Origin: Candidatus Nanohaloarchaea archaeon
Lineage (GTDB): Archaea > Nanohalarchaeota > Nanosalinia > Nanosalinales > Nanosalinaceae
Direction: 5' to 3'
Length of the DNA stretch: 64,000 nt
Assembly: GCA_013343275.1 (NCBI GenBank)
Contig: CP046106.1
Location: forward strand, 224,001-288,000
Position 1 is the stretch's first letter, and each line of letters starts with the position of its first letter. The notes beneath the pieces are model-generated. The model searched no databases and was not told the origin of the DNA. It was given only the letters and a program-made list of their open reading frames with translations. A program made the translations under genes and the position numbers. This document shows, piece after piece, positions 37,156-48,052 of the stretch.

Positions 37156-38135
37156 TCTTTTGAACTCGGGAAATTGGTAATTTTTTCATCCTGGTAAGAA
37201 CTTATTAAGTCTTCAATTAGATTCTCAGAGAATTTAGATAAACTTCCATCCCTAACTCTTCCTTTTGTAATTCTAACTTCAGGGTCGCTAGGTTTGAGTA
37301 TATCTACCATTTTAACTGCATCACCCTCATCTAGTGAAACTGTTCTTTCTGATCCTGATTCATTAACTACTGCTCCAACATCCAGAATATTAAAATCATA
37401 TGCTCTCGAGAAACCAATTTTTTCATCGTTGCGAATCTTATCTATTAAATCACTACAGGAGAAAAAACCTCCTCCAGGATCGGGTTTTATCTCTATAGTT
37501 TGTCTGGTAATTTCGCTAGGCCCTCTTTCATCATTTATTCTTTCTTCATGATTAAGATTGAGATCGGGTCCTTTTTCCGTCTCTAGTTTAAATCTCAGTA
37601 ATTCATCGGCTTTTCTCAACTGCCTAACTATATCCTTGGTAAAAAGACGGTTTACTTCAACTTTTACTTTATTGCTGCCAATAAAAGCAGAAAGTTTTCT
37701 TTCAAACTCTGTCTTCGCCCCCATCCCCTTAAACTGTTCCATCACTAACACTGCAGATTCTTTGGGCAGATTGTTTGATCTTGTAACCTGGAAAAAGAAA
37801 TCAATCTCCATAGAATCCTTGACTCCAACTGCATTTTCTTCTCTATTTTCGTTATCTATATTGAATCTGTCTTGTTCGTAACCCCATTCTCCTGTCCTAA
37901 TTCTACCTATGACATTTTTGTTAGACTTATGGAAGTATTTTGCCGAGAACGTCTTTTTCCGATCTTTATCGGCATCAGAGGCTCCCTTATAGTTCTCTAG
38001 GAACTCTGCCATGAAATCCTCAAATGAGTCATAAGCATACAACTCAGGTATATTGTTGGTCCTCTGTAGGTTATAATACCAGCCATTAGGTTCATGCAGC
38101 TTTATCTCATAGGGGACTATTTTATGGGTAGACAA
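37152..38135 (-). CDS. Soluble hypothetical protein of AT-rich cassette
   Basis: 327 aa; less acidic and more K/I/N-rich than the genome norm. Confidence 0.7.
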   Translation of the reverse strand: MSTHKIVPYEIKLHEPNGWYYNLQRTNNIPELYAYDSFEDFMAEFLENYKGASDADKDRKKTFSAKYFHKSNKNVIGRIRTGEWGYEQDRFNIDNENREENAVGVKDSMEIDFFFQVTRSNNLPKESAVLVMEQFKGMGAKTEFERKLSAFIGSNKVKVEVNRLFTKDIVRQLRKADELLRFKLETEKGPDLNLNHEERINDERGPSEITRQTIEIKPDPGGGFFSCSDLIDKIRNDEKIGFSRAYDFNILDVGAVVNESGSERTVSLDEGDAVKMVDILKPSDPEVRITKGRVRDGSLSKFSENLIEDLISSYQDEKITNFPSSKE

Positions 38136-38158
38136 GGATATCTCCTCATAGCAGCGGG

Positions 38159-38479
38159 CTAATCTGATGCCACTCCTACTTTTGTATCGTTATAGGCCGT
38201 GATTTCTACTTGCTGGGTTTCAGGTGTTACTCCTGTGTCTAGTTCTGTTTGTTGGAACTGGTCGTAGTCTGAGCCTTCTGTTTCTCCTAGGTATCTAACA
38301 TGCCTATCGTCGTATCCTAGTTCTGTGTCGTCTTCTACTAGTTTGGCCTGTGTGGTTCCTTGGGCCATTGGTGTGCCTGGTGTCAGCATTGTTTTTACTT
38401 CGTCTGCGCTTGGGATTTGTTCCATTTCTGTGAGGTGGAATAGTTTGTACTGTCCAAGGTCGAGTTGTTTGTCTTCCAT
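38159..38479 (-). CDS. Hypothetical protein
   Basis: 106-aa acidic ORF downstream of nrdJ with similar codon style. Confidence 0.55.
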   Translation of the reverse strand: MEDKQLDLGQYKLFHLTEMEQIPSADEVKTMLTPGTPMAQGTTQAKLVEDDTELGYDDRHVRYLGETEGSDYDQFQQTELDTGVTPETQQVEITAYNDTKVGVASD

Positions 38480-38615
38480 AGTTGATCGAAAGCATTTCCA
38501 ACCGGTTAGATTGAAGAAATGCTGAAAGTTGACAGGAAATTAAAGGCTCCTGTCAGGCCTTTTCGGGATCCATTCTGTGAATGGTTTATTGCGTCCGACT
38601 CTCAGCGTAACGAGG

Positions 38616-41558
38616 TCAACACTTGCTCCAGCCACAGTCTGGGCATTTCTTGCATCCTTCTTGGAGGACTAGCATTCCTCCGCAGTCTGGGCATTCTGGG
38701 TTGCCGCCGTCGCTGACGATGCTTGCTGCGTCTCCTTTGTCGGCCTGTTCTTCTGTCTCTGTCTTTGGCTGAGTCTGCCCTTTCTGCTGTGTTTTCTGGG
38801 CCTGTGTGTCGAACTGATCGACCGTTTGCTGGCTGCCTTCGTGGTTTTCCAGGTGGCGTTTCATGGCCTCTGCGATTGCGTCTGGTACTGAGTGAATCTG
38901 TGTTCCCTGGTCCCATGCGATCTGCGGTGAGCGGATGTCGTCAAGCTGTTTGATGACGTCCTCTCCTGATGCACCGCTTCTCAAGGCCAGCGAGGTCATT
39001 CTTCCGAGGGCCTGTGTGAAGGATTGTGTGTATCCTCCGGATTTGCCCAAGTTGGCGAATACCTCGAAAGGCCCGTTGTTTTCGCTATTGTTGATTGTGA
39101 CGAACAGGTCGCCGTAGGCTGTTTCTATTTCCTGTGTTGTTCCCTGTGCGACTTTCGGCCTTTCCTTAATTCCTTTCTTCTCGTCGCCCATGTGTGTGGA
39201 CTGGCCTGTGTCCTGTGTGTCGGCCTCGATACCTTCCTGAGTGACTTCCTGTGAAAGGTCTTCTGTGTCTTCTTCCTGTACTTTGAGGCCTGTGTCGCCG
39301 ACTACTTCCTGGAACTCGTTGGACTGGAGTAGGTCTTCTGCGCCTCCGAATTCATCGATGATCTCTGAGAGCATGTCGACTTTGTCCATGTCGGTGAGCT
39401 GGTTTTCCTTGTTGGTCTGCATGACTTGTGTTTCTCTTGTTCCATCTCTGTAGACTGTCATGCCTTTGACTCCTTTGTCGTAGGCTCTCATGTAGGCCTC
39501 TCTGACATCGTCCTTAGTTGCTTCGTTAGGGAAGTTGCAGGTCTTGCTGATTCCGGAGTGGTTGTGTTTCTGGAATGCTGCCTGGATATCGATGTGCTCT
39601 TTTGGTGAGACCTGATCTGCTGTTGCGAAAATCTCTTTGACGTCGGCCGGCAGAACATCATCAGGAATGGATTCTACTCCTTCCCATTCATTGTTCTCCA
39701 TCTTCTCCTGTGCAGCTCTCTTGACCTCCTCTACGTCGACGTCGTTGGCTTCCAGGGCTTTGATGAAGTAGTCGTCGAACTCGACGAGCATGTCTTCTCC
39801 CTGGATGTCCTTTGCGACGTTCTTGAAGTAGGCCAGTGAGTAGATTGGCTCGCATCCTCCACTGGTGTTTCCGATCATGGAGGTGGTTCCGGTTGGTGCG
39901 ATGGTTACCGTGTTGTGGTTTCTCATCTTGAGGCCGTCCTCGAACTCTTCTGGGTCGAGGCCTCCGGTGTACTGTCTGAACCATTCTTCGTACTCGGTTG
40001 GGTTGGCCCATTTGGATTTCTCCCATTCCGGGAATTCTCCACGGATTTCTGCCAGTCTGTTGGATTCTTCTATTGAGAACCTTGTGATCAGTCGCTGGAT
40101 TTCTTCTGCTGCGGCTACTGATTCGTCTGATCCGTATCTGATTCCTAGCTGGATCATCATCTGTGCGAATCCCATAAGTCCGAGACCGACTTTTCTGAGG
40201 TCTGTTACTGTTTCTTCGATCTCTTCGAGTGGGAAGTCGGACATGGTTACTACGTTGTCGAGGAATCGTAGGCCTGTCTTGGCTACGTACTCGAACTCCT
40301 CCATGTCTACTGCTTGCTGGATGTACTCCTGCATTGCGGCCTGTAGATCGGCCTCGTTCTCGAAATCGTAACGATCCTGATTCTGTTCCTTCCATTCAGG
40401 GAAGGATAGAGCTGTTCCATCACCCTGATCGTCTACAAGGAGCGATAGATTGATGTGGCCGAGGTTACAGGCCTCATAGTTCTCAAGCGGCTGCTCACCG
40501 CAAGGATTTGTCGCTTCGATTCGATGTTCTGGGTGTTTTTCGGTGTCGAAGCTGTGCATGTCGTTAGCTTCGTCATACATGAAGAGGCCTGGTTCTCCGT
40601 TTCTCCATGCTCCGTCGATCAAGGTTTCCCAGATGAATCTTGCTGGGAGTTTCATTTCTTCTCCTGGCTCTAGATGGATGTCGAACTCCTCTATTTCGTC
40701 GCCAAAGCTTGATGCGTGATCTCTCCAGAAGTTTTCGTCCTTACCCTGGTCTGATCCTTCTGCTTCAGGGTACCATTCTTCGTCTCTGTTGTAGAACTGC
40801 GCTGTCTCCTTTGCTACCTCGAAAGGTTCTCCGGTTCTCGGATTGGTTAAGGTGTATTCTTCGTCGTTCTTGACAGCCTCCATGAACTCTTCCGTCAGGC
40901 CGACTGAGATGTTGAAGTTGGAGAGGTTGCCTTCTTTTCTCTTTGATGTTATGAATCTGAGGACGTCAGGGTGGTCGATCTTCATGATTCCCATCTGTGC
41001 TCCTCTTCTCTTGCCTCCCTGCTTGATCGTTCCGCACATTGTGTCGAAGACCTGCTGGAAGCTTAGAGGGCCGGATGCGATTCCTCCTGTTGAGGAGACG
41101 ATATCTCCTTTCGGTCTCATGAGGTGGAATGGGTATCCCATGCCGCCTCCGGACTGGAAGATCTTTGCAGCGTCGTGAACTTTGTTAAAAATACTATCCA
41201 TGTCGTCTTCTGGATGTACGACGAAACATGCGGATAACTGCTGTAGATCTGCTCCAGCGTTCATCAGTGTCGGACTGTTCGGCATGAATTTCTGATGTGT
41301 CATCAGGTCGTAGAACTCTTCCCATGAGTCCTCGAAGTCTACATCATCGTAGTTTTTGTCTGGTTGTGCGACGTTCTTCGCTACCCGTTCAAACATGTCT
41401 TCAGGAGCCTCTACTACCTCGCCATCTTCATCTTTCAGAAGGTATCTGGCTGGTAGAATTCTCTCATAAGCGTTCTCTGTTAATCGCTCTTCGACGGTTT
41501 CTCCTTTGACTCTTTTGACAGGTAACGTGAAGTCTGACTTCTGTTCTAGTTTTGCCAT
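38616..41558 (-). CDS. nrdJ: Class II (adenosylcobalamin-dependent) ribonucleotide reductase with C-terminal TSCPD-like and Zn-ribbon domains
   Basis: [70 protein letters not shown]. Confidence 0.95.
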   Translation of the reverse strand: MAKLEQKSDFTLPVKRVKGETVEERLTENAYERILPARYLLKDEDGEVVEAPEDMFERVAKNVAQPDKNYDDVDFEDSWEEFYDLMTHQKFMPNSPTLMNAGADLQQLSACFVVHPEDDMDSIFNKVHDAAKIFQSGGGMGYPFHLMRPKGDIVSSTGGIASGPLSFQQVFDTMCGTIKQGGKRRGAQMGIMKIDHPDVLRFITSKRKEGNLSNFNISVGLTEEFMEAVKNDEEYTLTNPRTGEPFEVAKETAQFYNRDEEWYPEAEGSDQGKDENFWRDHASSFGDEIEEFDIHLEPGEEMKLPARFIWETLIDGAWRNGEPGLFMYDEANDMHSFDTEKHPEHRIEATNPCGEQPLENYEACNLGHINLSLLVDDQGDGTALSFPEWKEQNQDRYDFENEADLQAAMQEYIQQAVDMEEFEYVAKTGLRFLDNVVTMSDFPLEEIEETVTDLRKVGLGLMGFAQMMIQLGIRYGSDESVAAAEEIQRLITRFSIEESNRLAEIRGEFPEWEKSKWANPTEYEEWFRQYTGGLDPEEFEDGLKMRNHNTVTIAPTGTTSMIGNTSGGCEPIYSLAYFKNVAKDIQGEDMLVEFDDYFIKALEANDVDVEEVKRAAQEKMENNEWEGVESIPDDVLPADVKEIFATADQVSPKEHIDIQAAFQKHNHSGISKTCNFPNEATKDDVREAYMRAYDKGVKGMTVYRDGTRETQVMQTNKENQLTDMDKVDMLSEIIDEFGGAEDLLQSNEFQEVVGDTGLKVQEEDTEDLSQEVTQEGIEADTQDTGQSTHMGDEKKGIKERPKVAQGTTQEIETAYGDLFVTINNSENNGPFEVFANLGKSGGYTQSFTQALGRMTSLALRSGASGEDVIKQLDDIRSPQIAWDQGTQIHSVPDAIAEAMKRHLENHEGSQQTVDQFDTQAQKTQQKGQTQPKTETEEQADKGDAASIVSDGGNPECPDCGGMLVLQEGCKKCPDCGWSKC

Positions 41559-41596
41559 GTTAACACCATAGTGGAATACAGGTTCGCAATCATGAT

Positions 41597-42037
41597 TTAG
41601 TCCTCTTTCAAGGCCTTAACTTCTTTCTGGAATGATTCAACGTCTTCGAATGAGTCGTATACCGAGGCAAATCTGATGTAGGCTACTTTGTCTCTTTTCT
41701 GGAGTTCTTCCTTGACTTTTTCTCCTATTTTCTCGGCCTCTATCTTTTTGCGGCCTCGCAGCATGCTTTTGACCTCTTCGACTATTTCTTCTACTTCTTC
41801 GTCGGTTATGGAGGTCTTGTTTGCTGCTCTTTCGACTCCGTTCCTTACTTTTTCTTCCTGGAATTTCTCGTTCTCTTTGTCTCTCTTGACTACCGTGAGT
41901 TCGAGTTTCTCGGCTGTTTCGTATGTTGTGAATCTTCTGCCGCAGTTTTTGCACTCTCGGCGTCTTCTTACTTTGTCTTCGGCTTCTCGTGTGTCGACTA
42001 CTCTTGTCGAGTTTTCCTCACAGTAGATGCATTTCAT
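41597..42037 (-). CDS. nrdR: Transcriptional repressor NrdR
   Basis: [34 protein letters not shown] cone, [10 protein letters not shown]. Confidence 0.95.
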   Translation of the reverse strand: MKCIYCEENSTRVVDTREAEDKVRRRRECKNCGRRFTTYETAEKLELTVVKRDKENEKFQEEKVRNGVERAANKTSITDEEVEEIVEEVKSMLRGRKKIEAEKIGEKVKEELQKRDKVAYIRFASVYDSFEDVESFQKEVKALKED

Positions 42038-42081
42038 TGGGTATAGTTGGGTCTAGCTTGTTGAAATCAGTTTTGGAAGCA

Positions 42082-42129
42082 ACGCAATATATAGGGAGAA
42101 TTCTCTCCCTCCCCCACGATATGTTGTGT
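42082..42129. promoter_or_regulatory. Tandem NrdR boxes
   Basis: acgCAATATATAGgga (42082-42097) and ccaCGATATGTTGtgt (42114-42129), 32 bp apart, upstream of nrdR-nrdJ. Confidence 0.75.
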
Positions 42130-42264
42130 TTTGTCTGTCAGAGTTTTTCTGGTGCATTCCTTAAATACCTGTCCATGTGAAGGCCGTTCGCACACCGAGA
42201 ATAATTATCGGGCAGTCACAACAGGATCGATGTTTATTTAATACTGGTACTGCTTCGGTTATCT

Positions 42265-43188
42265 ATGAGGAACTCTGCTGACGACGCCCAGAGAGTAATC
42301 GACCAGGCAACCGCAAAACTTGGAAACTTTGATGTCGACATCGAGGCCGTTCGTGAGCAGAAACCCGAAGGCAGCATGCAGACCCTAGATTCTATGGACG
42401 AACTCATGGAGCTCGCAGAATCCAGTATGCCGGACTCCGATATCGATATATCACGTGATATAGACACGGAAATAATGGATGAAGTATATTCTGCCCTGAG
42501 AACCAACGCCGATAGAAGAAACGATGGCTACAACCAGTTCAGAGGCCTTGCCGCTGTGGAGAAGGGAATCAATCCGGCAATGATTACAGGAGCAAAGCCC
42601 GAGACTGTAGATTCCTGGTACGAAAAGTTCAGGGACGCAGGCCTGACATACACCGAGAATGGCGATGAAATGCTTACTACAGAAGGAGAAATCTTCATGG
42701 ACGAGGCCTACGGTTTCCTGGACGCCATAGGTAAAGACCAGGATACACGGGAGGTACAGGAGTACATTGCGGAGGCCTTCGGCAGCTTCAGCAGAAGGGC
42801 CTCGAACCAGGAGGTTCCATTGACAGGTTTCATATATGCTGCGGACGAAGAGCCTTCAACCAGTCGGATAGCGGAGGCCTCCGATGTCTCCAAGAGAACA
42901 GTGTACAACTGGATGGAGAAATGGAACGGTGGGGAAGGCCTGGGATTCATCCGCGGGGAGCCTCGGGACCGCAAGCTTACTGGCAGAGGCCTTCGTGCTT
43001 ATGAAATGGTGGAGAACCAGCACCGTGCACTTGACGTGGCCTCGGAGATGAAGGCCTCGATGATCGAGGAGTTAGAAGAAGATAGAACTGGTTCTGATTC
43101 TCTGCCGTTTATTCCAGGTAATCAGCAGCTTGTGGAGCGGTACCTTGACGATTCATCGCTTGCAGAGAAGTATATGGAGCGAAACTGA
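42265..43188 (+). CDS. Hypothetical protein with HTH motifs
   Basis: STSRIAEASDVSKRTVYNW; two LT.EG/LT.RG winged-helix-like ends. Confidence 0.65.
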   Translation: MRNSADDAQRVIDQATAKLGNFDVDIEAVREQKPEGSMQTLDSMDELMELAESSMPDSDIDISRDIDTEIMDEVYSALRTNADRRNDGYNQFRGLAAVEKGINPAMITGAKPETVDSWYEKFRDAGLTYTENGDEMLTTEGEIFMDEAYGFLDAIGKDQDTREVQEYIAEAFGSFSRRASNQEVPLTGFIYAADEEPSTSRIAEASDVSKRTVYNWMEKWNGGEGLGFIRGEPRDRKLTGRGLRAYEMVENQHRALDVASEMKASMIEELEEDRTGSDSLPFIPGNQQLVERYLDDSSLAEKYMERN

Positions 43189-43239
43189 AAAACATCTTTT
43201 TGAAACTTGTAGACAAGTCTTGAGTAGAGTATACTAGCC

Positions 43240-45036
43240 ATGGCAAAGAAAATTATACCAGACACCTCTATCATAATCGACGGAAAACTCTCCTATCTTA
43301 TCGAAAAAGGAGATATAGAGGAAGACATAGTAATTCCGGAGTTTGTTGTAGACGAGCTCGAGAACCAGGCCAATGAAGGCAAAGAAACTGGTTACAAAGG
43401 TATCGAGGAGATCAAGGAGATCCGGATGCTCGCCGAGAGGGAAGATCTAGGCCTCGAGTTCAAGGGCAGGAAGCCTACATCCGAAGAGATAGAGATGGCT
43501 CACGCAGGAAGGATCGACGCACTGATCCGGGACATGGCAGAGGAAATGGATGCAACACTCTACACGGCCGATAAAGTCCAGGCGAAGGTTGCCAGGGCCA
43601 AAGGTATCGATGTCCGGCAGTTTGAACAGGAACGGAATGTAGAGTTTTCGCTGGAGGATTACTTTGACGATAAAACTATGAGTGTACACCTCAAGGAGGG
43701 AGCAACGCCGAAAGCGAAGAGAGGGCTTCCTGGCGAGTTCGAACTTGAGGAGATAGGTAAAGAAATACTTACACACGACGAAATGTACGACCTGATCAAC
43801 GAGACAATGGAGAAGGCCGAGATCTCCGATGAAGGTCTTGTCGAGATGGAGGAAGACGGTGCAACAGTTATCCAGCTTGGAGATTATAGAATCGCTATGA
43901 CACGGCCTCCTTTCTCGGAAGCAGCAGAGATTACAGCTGTAAGGCCTGTCGCAAAAGTTACGCTTGACGATTACGAAATGAGCGAGAAGCTATTGAACCG
44001 GTTGAAGACCGAGGCCGAGGGAATCCTGGTTGCAGGTGCGCCGGGACACGGTAAATCCACCTTCTCACAGGCCCTTGCAGAATACTACAGAGAGCAGGGA
44101 GAGGTCGTGAAGACCATGGAGAAGCCTAGAGACCTGGATGTCAGCGAGGATATTACTCAGTATACGGCTCTGGATGAGTCGATGGAGGATACCGGAGACT
44201 TCCTTCTGCTGGCTCGTCCTGACTACACAGTCTTCGACGAGGTAAGGAAAACGGACGACTTCGAGGTATTCTCCGACATGCGTATGGCAGGAGTGGGAAT
44301 GATCGGTGTTGTCCACGCTTCGGAAGCGGTCGATGCTGTTCAGAGACTGATCGGAAGGGTAGAGCTCGGAATGATTCCACAGGTCTGTGACACAGTAGTC
44401 TTCATTAGAGACGCCGAGATCGCAGAGGTCTACAAGATAGAGCTTACAGTTAAGGTACCGGAAGGAATGACGGAAGAAGACCTTGCAAGGCCTGTAATCC
44501 AGATCTCAAGGTTCGAAGACGATACACCTCAGTACGAGATCTACACATACGGAGAGGAAACAGTAGTAGTACCTGTATCCGACAGAGATGAAAGAGAGAC
44601 AGGAACACAGAAACTGGCAAAGGACCAGCTTAACCACTACTTCCAGCAGTACGCCGACAACCCCAGGATAGAGTTCCTGTCAGACAACCATGTACAGGTA
44701 GAGGTTGACGAAGACAATATCGCCCAGATCATCGGTAAAGGAGGCCAGAACATCGACAGGATAGAGGACGAGCTAGGCCTAGACATAACTGTCGAACCGA
44801 AGACAAACACCTTGAAGAGCGACACAGGTTTCAATGTCGAGGAAAGAGGCAACTCCGTAATAATCGGTGTCGGAGAGGAGATGTCGGGCGAAGAAGTGGA
44901 CATATATGACGAAGACGAGTTCCTCTTCGCAGCAACCGTCGGCAAGAACGGAGAAATCTCATTAACCAAGCAGTCCGACCTCGCAGGCCGTGTTCTTGGT
45001 GCAGCCGAGCAGGGCGATTTGAAGGTCCGGAGCTGA
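43240..45036 (+). CDS. PINc/VapC-family ATPase with KH domain (PINA-like)
   Basis: IIPDTS PIN domain, GAPGHGKST, DEVRK, GVVHA, IIGKGG KH. Confidence 0.93.
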   Translation: MAKKIIPDTSIIIDGKLSYLIEKGDIEEDIVIPEFVVDELENQANEGKETGYKGIEEIKEIRMLAEREDLGLEFKGRKPTSEEIEMAHAGRIDALIRDMAEEMDATLYTADKVQAKVARAKGIDVRQFEQERNVEFSLEDYFDDKTMSVHLKEGATPKAKRGLPGEFELEEIGKEILTHDEMYDLINETMEKAEISDEGLVEMEEDGATVIQLGDYRIAMTRPPFSEAAEITAVRPVAKVTLDDYEMSEKLLNRLKTEAEGILVAGAPGHGKSTFSQALAEYYREQGEVVKTMEKPRDLDVSEDITQYTALDESMEDTGDFLLLARPDYTVFDEVRKTDDFEVFSDMRMAGVGMIGVVHASEAVDAVQRLIGRVELGMIPQVCDTVVFIRDAEIAEVYKIELTVKVPEGMTEEDLARPVIQISRFEDDTPQYEIYTYGEETVVVPVSDRDERETGTQKLAKDQLNHYFQQYADNPRIEFLSDNHVQVEVDEDNIAQIIGKGGQNIDRIEDELGLDITVEPKTNTLKSDTGFNVEERGNSVIIGVGEEMSGEEVDIYDEDEFLFAATVGKNGEISLTKQSDLAGRVLGAAEQGDLKVRS

Positions 45037-45070
45037 ACAAATAAATACAGTATTCTCTCATTTTCTTTCT

Positions 45071-46237
45071 GTGAGACAGTTACAGGTAACAGTTCCCAAG
45101 GGATCCAAGGATATTACTAAGGAGGTACTGGAAGATTACTCTTCAGATATCTCTTCTTCAGAAGCCGAAAAGAATGAGGAAAAGGTTATAGAGTTCACGG
45201 CAACTGTCGACTCCGACGAAATCGACGAACTTACAGAAGACCTGAAGTCTCTAGATGATATCGATGTCGGCGAGCTCTCGATAAGAGTGCTGGAGCAGGA
45301 ATCTCTAATCCAGAAAGGCCAGAAAACAAAGGGTTCCAGCTCGGAGCTCTCGCAGGAGGAACTGTACAGCAAGGCCCAGGAGTTCTCAGGATTCTCCCGC
45401 CCACAGTGGGGTTTAATCGGTCTTTCCTCCGCAATTGCTGCATATGGCATCGCTCTGGACAACGTTATAGTTGTTATAGGTGCAATGATGCTGGCACCGA
45501 TGCTTTCACCTTTTGTCTCAGCAGCACTCTCACTGGCCGTCGGAGACAAACAATTACTGAAAGGCTCACTGCTTGCAGGCGTTGAAAGCATAGTAATCGC
45601 CGTAATTGTATCCACAGCAGCTCTTACAATCATACCTTTGAATAGAACAGCGGTTCTGGACATGATTATAGCTCCAGGCTTCCCTACTATAATGCTATCA
45701 TTACTTGTCGGAGCTGCCGCAGCACTAACATTTACCACAGGCCTGAGAGACCAGATAGCAGGAGTTGCCGTAGCCATCGCACTGGTACCTCCACTGGCAG
45801 CAGTAGGAGTAGGATTGAACCTACAGGACTACTACCTGGCCGCTCAATCAGCCTCTATAGCCCTTCAAAACGCTCTCTCGATTATAGTGGCAGGGTTCGC
45901 AGCATTCAAGATTCTAGGCGTAAAACCCAGCACATACTACAAGAAGAAGGAGGCGGAGAAGCTGAGGCCTGTCGTCACTGCAGCAATAGTGATCATGTTC
46001 GTGGTATCGGTACCTATCACATTTATCTCGTATCAGAGCCATGAACCGTACAGTATCCAGAAAGACGTTGAGAAGACTGCTGGAAACTTCTTCGGTGAAG
46101 ATCTTGTGTCAGTAAGCCTAGACAACTCAAAGGTCAGAGCTCTCGTAGTCGGAAACCACAGTGAACAAGAGTTCCGGCAGAGACTTCCAGAAGGCCTTGA
46201 AGTGAATATAGTCGAGCTACAGAGTTACAGAGAATAA
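45071..46237 (+). CDS. TIGR00341/DUF389 family membrane protein
   Basis: VVIGAMMLAP, AGVAVAIALVPPLA. Confidence 0.85.
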   Translation: MRQLQVTVPKGSKDITKEVLEDYSSDISSSEAEKNEEKVIEFTATVDSDEIDELTEDLKSLDDIDVGELSIRVLEQESLIQKGQKTKGSSSELSQEELYSKAQEFSGFSRPQWGLIGLSSAIAAYGIALDNVIVVIGAMMLAPMLSPFVSAALSLAVGDKQLLKGSLLAGVESIVIAVIVSTAALTIIPLNRTAVLDMIIAPGFPTIMLSLLVGAAAALTFTTGLRDQIAGVAVAIALVPPLAAVGVGLNLQDYYLAAQSASIALQNALSIIVAGFAAFKILGVKPSTYYKKKEAEKLRPVVTAAIVIMFVVSVPITFISYQSHEPYSIQKDVEKTAGNFFGEDLVSVSLDNSKVRALVVGNHSEQEFRQRLPEGLEVNIVELQSYRE

Positions 46238-46275
46238 GAAACTAAAGAGAAGGAGTGGAGAAGGTAGAAAAGGCC

Positions 46276-47445
46276 TTATTTCCTGTGTTCTTCTCTCTTC
46301 TCTTTCTCCTTTCTGATCTGGGTGTTGATGTCGTTAAGTGCTGTGTCCAGCGTATCCATCATGTCCCAGCCTTCTTCCTGAGCGGTTACAACGCCGAACT
46401 CGCAGTCAAGCTTGACTGTGAACTCATATCGGTGCTGCTTGCCGTCTTTGTCGAACTTCCTTACTCTGACAGTGAAAGATTTAGGTTTCTCAACTTTTCT
46501 GCCAAGAGTTCCTCTCATCGTCTTCTCAATCTTCTCGTGGACGACAGCCTTCTCCTCATCTACATCAAGGCCTGTAATCTGTACCAGTAGCATGTCGCTT
46601 ACCTGGTAGCCAGCTACATGGTCGATGAAGTCCTTGACAGCCACAATACTGACAGGGTAGTCGTCGTCAGTTATGATTATCTGGCTGCTTTCGTGGTCGT
46701 TCATCAGTTCTACGGCTTCCCGTCCTTCCATATGGCCTTCATGTGTGAGAGGTGTTCTGTTCATGATCTCGCTGACATTGATATCCGTCATCTTCAGCTT
46801 CTTGTTGCCGCCAGCGATCTGTGTTTCCTTATCGGTAGGGCCTGATGTTCCTCCTGGCGAAGGGCTTTCCTTAGGGACGATTGTGGTGAGTATGTCCGTG
46901 CTGTCGACCATTCCTGTCAGGTTGCCGTTGTTGTCAAGTACTGGCAGTCGGGAGATGTTGTTGTCCAGCATCTTGTGACGTGCTTCTTCGATACTGTCTT
47001 CTTCAAATACTCGGATTACTTCGTTTGAACCTATGGTTCTGGTGTTGGTGTCGTCAATTTCCTCTGCTTCTGCAAAGGCCTCTCGGAACTCTGTATCGTC
47101 GATTTTTCCGACAAGCTTTCCTCCTTCCTCCAGTACAAGCATCTTGCGGCCGGAGTTGATCCTCAGTTCTGCGAGGTCAACGAGGGAGTCCTCTTCGTCG
47201 AATCTCGGAGGTTCGTGCATTACCTGGTCTGCCTTTGTTTTCTCTGGATTGAACTGGATGTGTCTGATTACATCTCTGTACCCTACAGCCCCTTTCAGAT
47301 TATCTTTTTCGTCTACTACGGGAACTGCTCTCAAGTCGTTCTCTTCCATTCTCGTCTTGATTTTGGATACCGCCATATCAGGTGAGACGGTTACTGGGTC
47401 TGCGTTCAGTACTTCTTCTGCCGTTATCTGGTTTACAGATTTCAT
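46276..47445 (-). CDS. Four-CBS-domain protein with C-terminal HPF/RaiA-like domain (candidate ribosome hibernation factor)
   Basis: CBS repeats (AVPVVD, SRLPVLD); C-terminal beta-alpha-beta-beta-beta-alpha ending GWDMMDTLDTALNDINTQIRK. Confidence 0.75.
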   Translation of the reverse strand: MKSVNQITAEEVLNADPVTVSPDMAVSKIKTRMEENDLRAVPVVDEKDNLKGAVGYRDVIRHIQFNPEKTKADQVMHEPPRFDEEDSLVDLAELRINSGRKMLVLEEGGKLVGKIDDTEFREAFAEAEEIDDTNTRTIGSNEVIRVFEEDSIEEARHKMLDNNISRLPVLDNNGNLTGMVDSTDILTTIVPKESPSPGGTSGPTDKETQIAGGNKKLKMTDINVSEIMNRTPLTHEGHMEGREAVELMNDHESSQIIITDDDYPVSIVAVKDFIDHVAGYQVSDMLLVQITGLDVDEEKAVVHEKIEKTMRGTLGRKVEKPKSFTVRVRKFDKDGKQHRYEFTVKLDCEFGVVTAQEEGWDMMDTLDTALNDINTQIRKEKEKREEHRK

Positions 47446-47459
47446 TTTGTTAATTCACC

Positions 47460-47960
47460 TTAATCTACGAGGAACTTGTCCGAGTTTTCATCCATGTCGA
47501 TGAAGTTGGTGGCTGATTCTCTGATTTCCTTTGCGGATGATTTACCGAAGCTCATTACTTCCACTCGGCAACCCATGGACTTGAGATGGTCGACGAGGAC
47601 TGCAAAGTCTCCATCTCCCGTAACAAGTACGATAGTATCAAGCTTTTTAGCCTGCTGGATCATATCGACAGTCATGCCGAGATCCCAGTCTCCCTTCTTT
47701 TCTCCGCCGTAGAACTCTTTCAGCTGTTTGATTTCAACTTCATAACCAATCTTGCGAAGTGCTTCGAAGAAGTTGCTTTCGTCAGGCGTATCAGCTTTTA
47801 TAACGTAAGCTGAGGCCCTTACAAGCTTCCTGTTCATCACTGCGGCATCAAGAAGCTTTTCAAAGTCTACTTTGGAGTTGTAAAGATTTTTCGCGCTGTA
47901 GTACATATTTTGAACGTCAACGAAGACGCCTACTCTCTGATCTTTATGAATATTTGACAT
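47460..47960 (-). CDS. NYN-domain (LabA/DUF88) protein
   Basis: FVDVQNMY, KGDWD, LVTGDGDF. Confidence 0.92.
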   Translation of the reverse strand: MSNIHKDQRVGVFVDVQNMYYSAKNLYNSKVDFEKLLDAAVMNRKLVRASAYVIKADTPDESNFFEALRKIGYEVEIKQLKEFYGGEKKGDWDLGMTVDMIQQAKKLDTIVLVTGDGDFAVLVDHLKSMGCRVEVMSFGKSSAKEIRESATNFIDMDENSDKFLVD

Positions 47961-48052
47961 TAATTTAACCTCTAATTTCTAGAAAATCGATTCAAGAACG
48001 ATTTTCGGTACAAAGAACTAAAGTCGGACGAAGCTTAAAAGGACTTTGGTAC

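Noticed and set aside
39688-40395. 235-aa Arg-rich ORF and similar long alternative-frame/antisense ORFs (e.g. 19695-20249, 45136-45777, 59294-59908)
   Set aside because: Shadows of well-supported genes caused by codon bias; composition unlike this acidic proteome
38616-41558. Possible intein in the long NrdJ
   Set aside because: Common insertion sites (GGKRRGA, NPCGEQ, IAPTGT) are contiguous; extra length comes from acidic loops and the C-terminal domain
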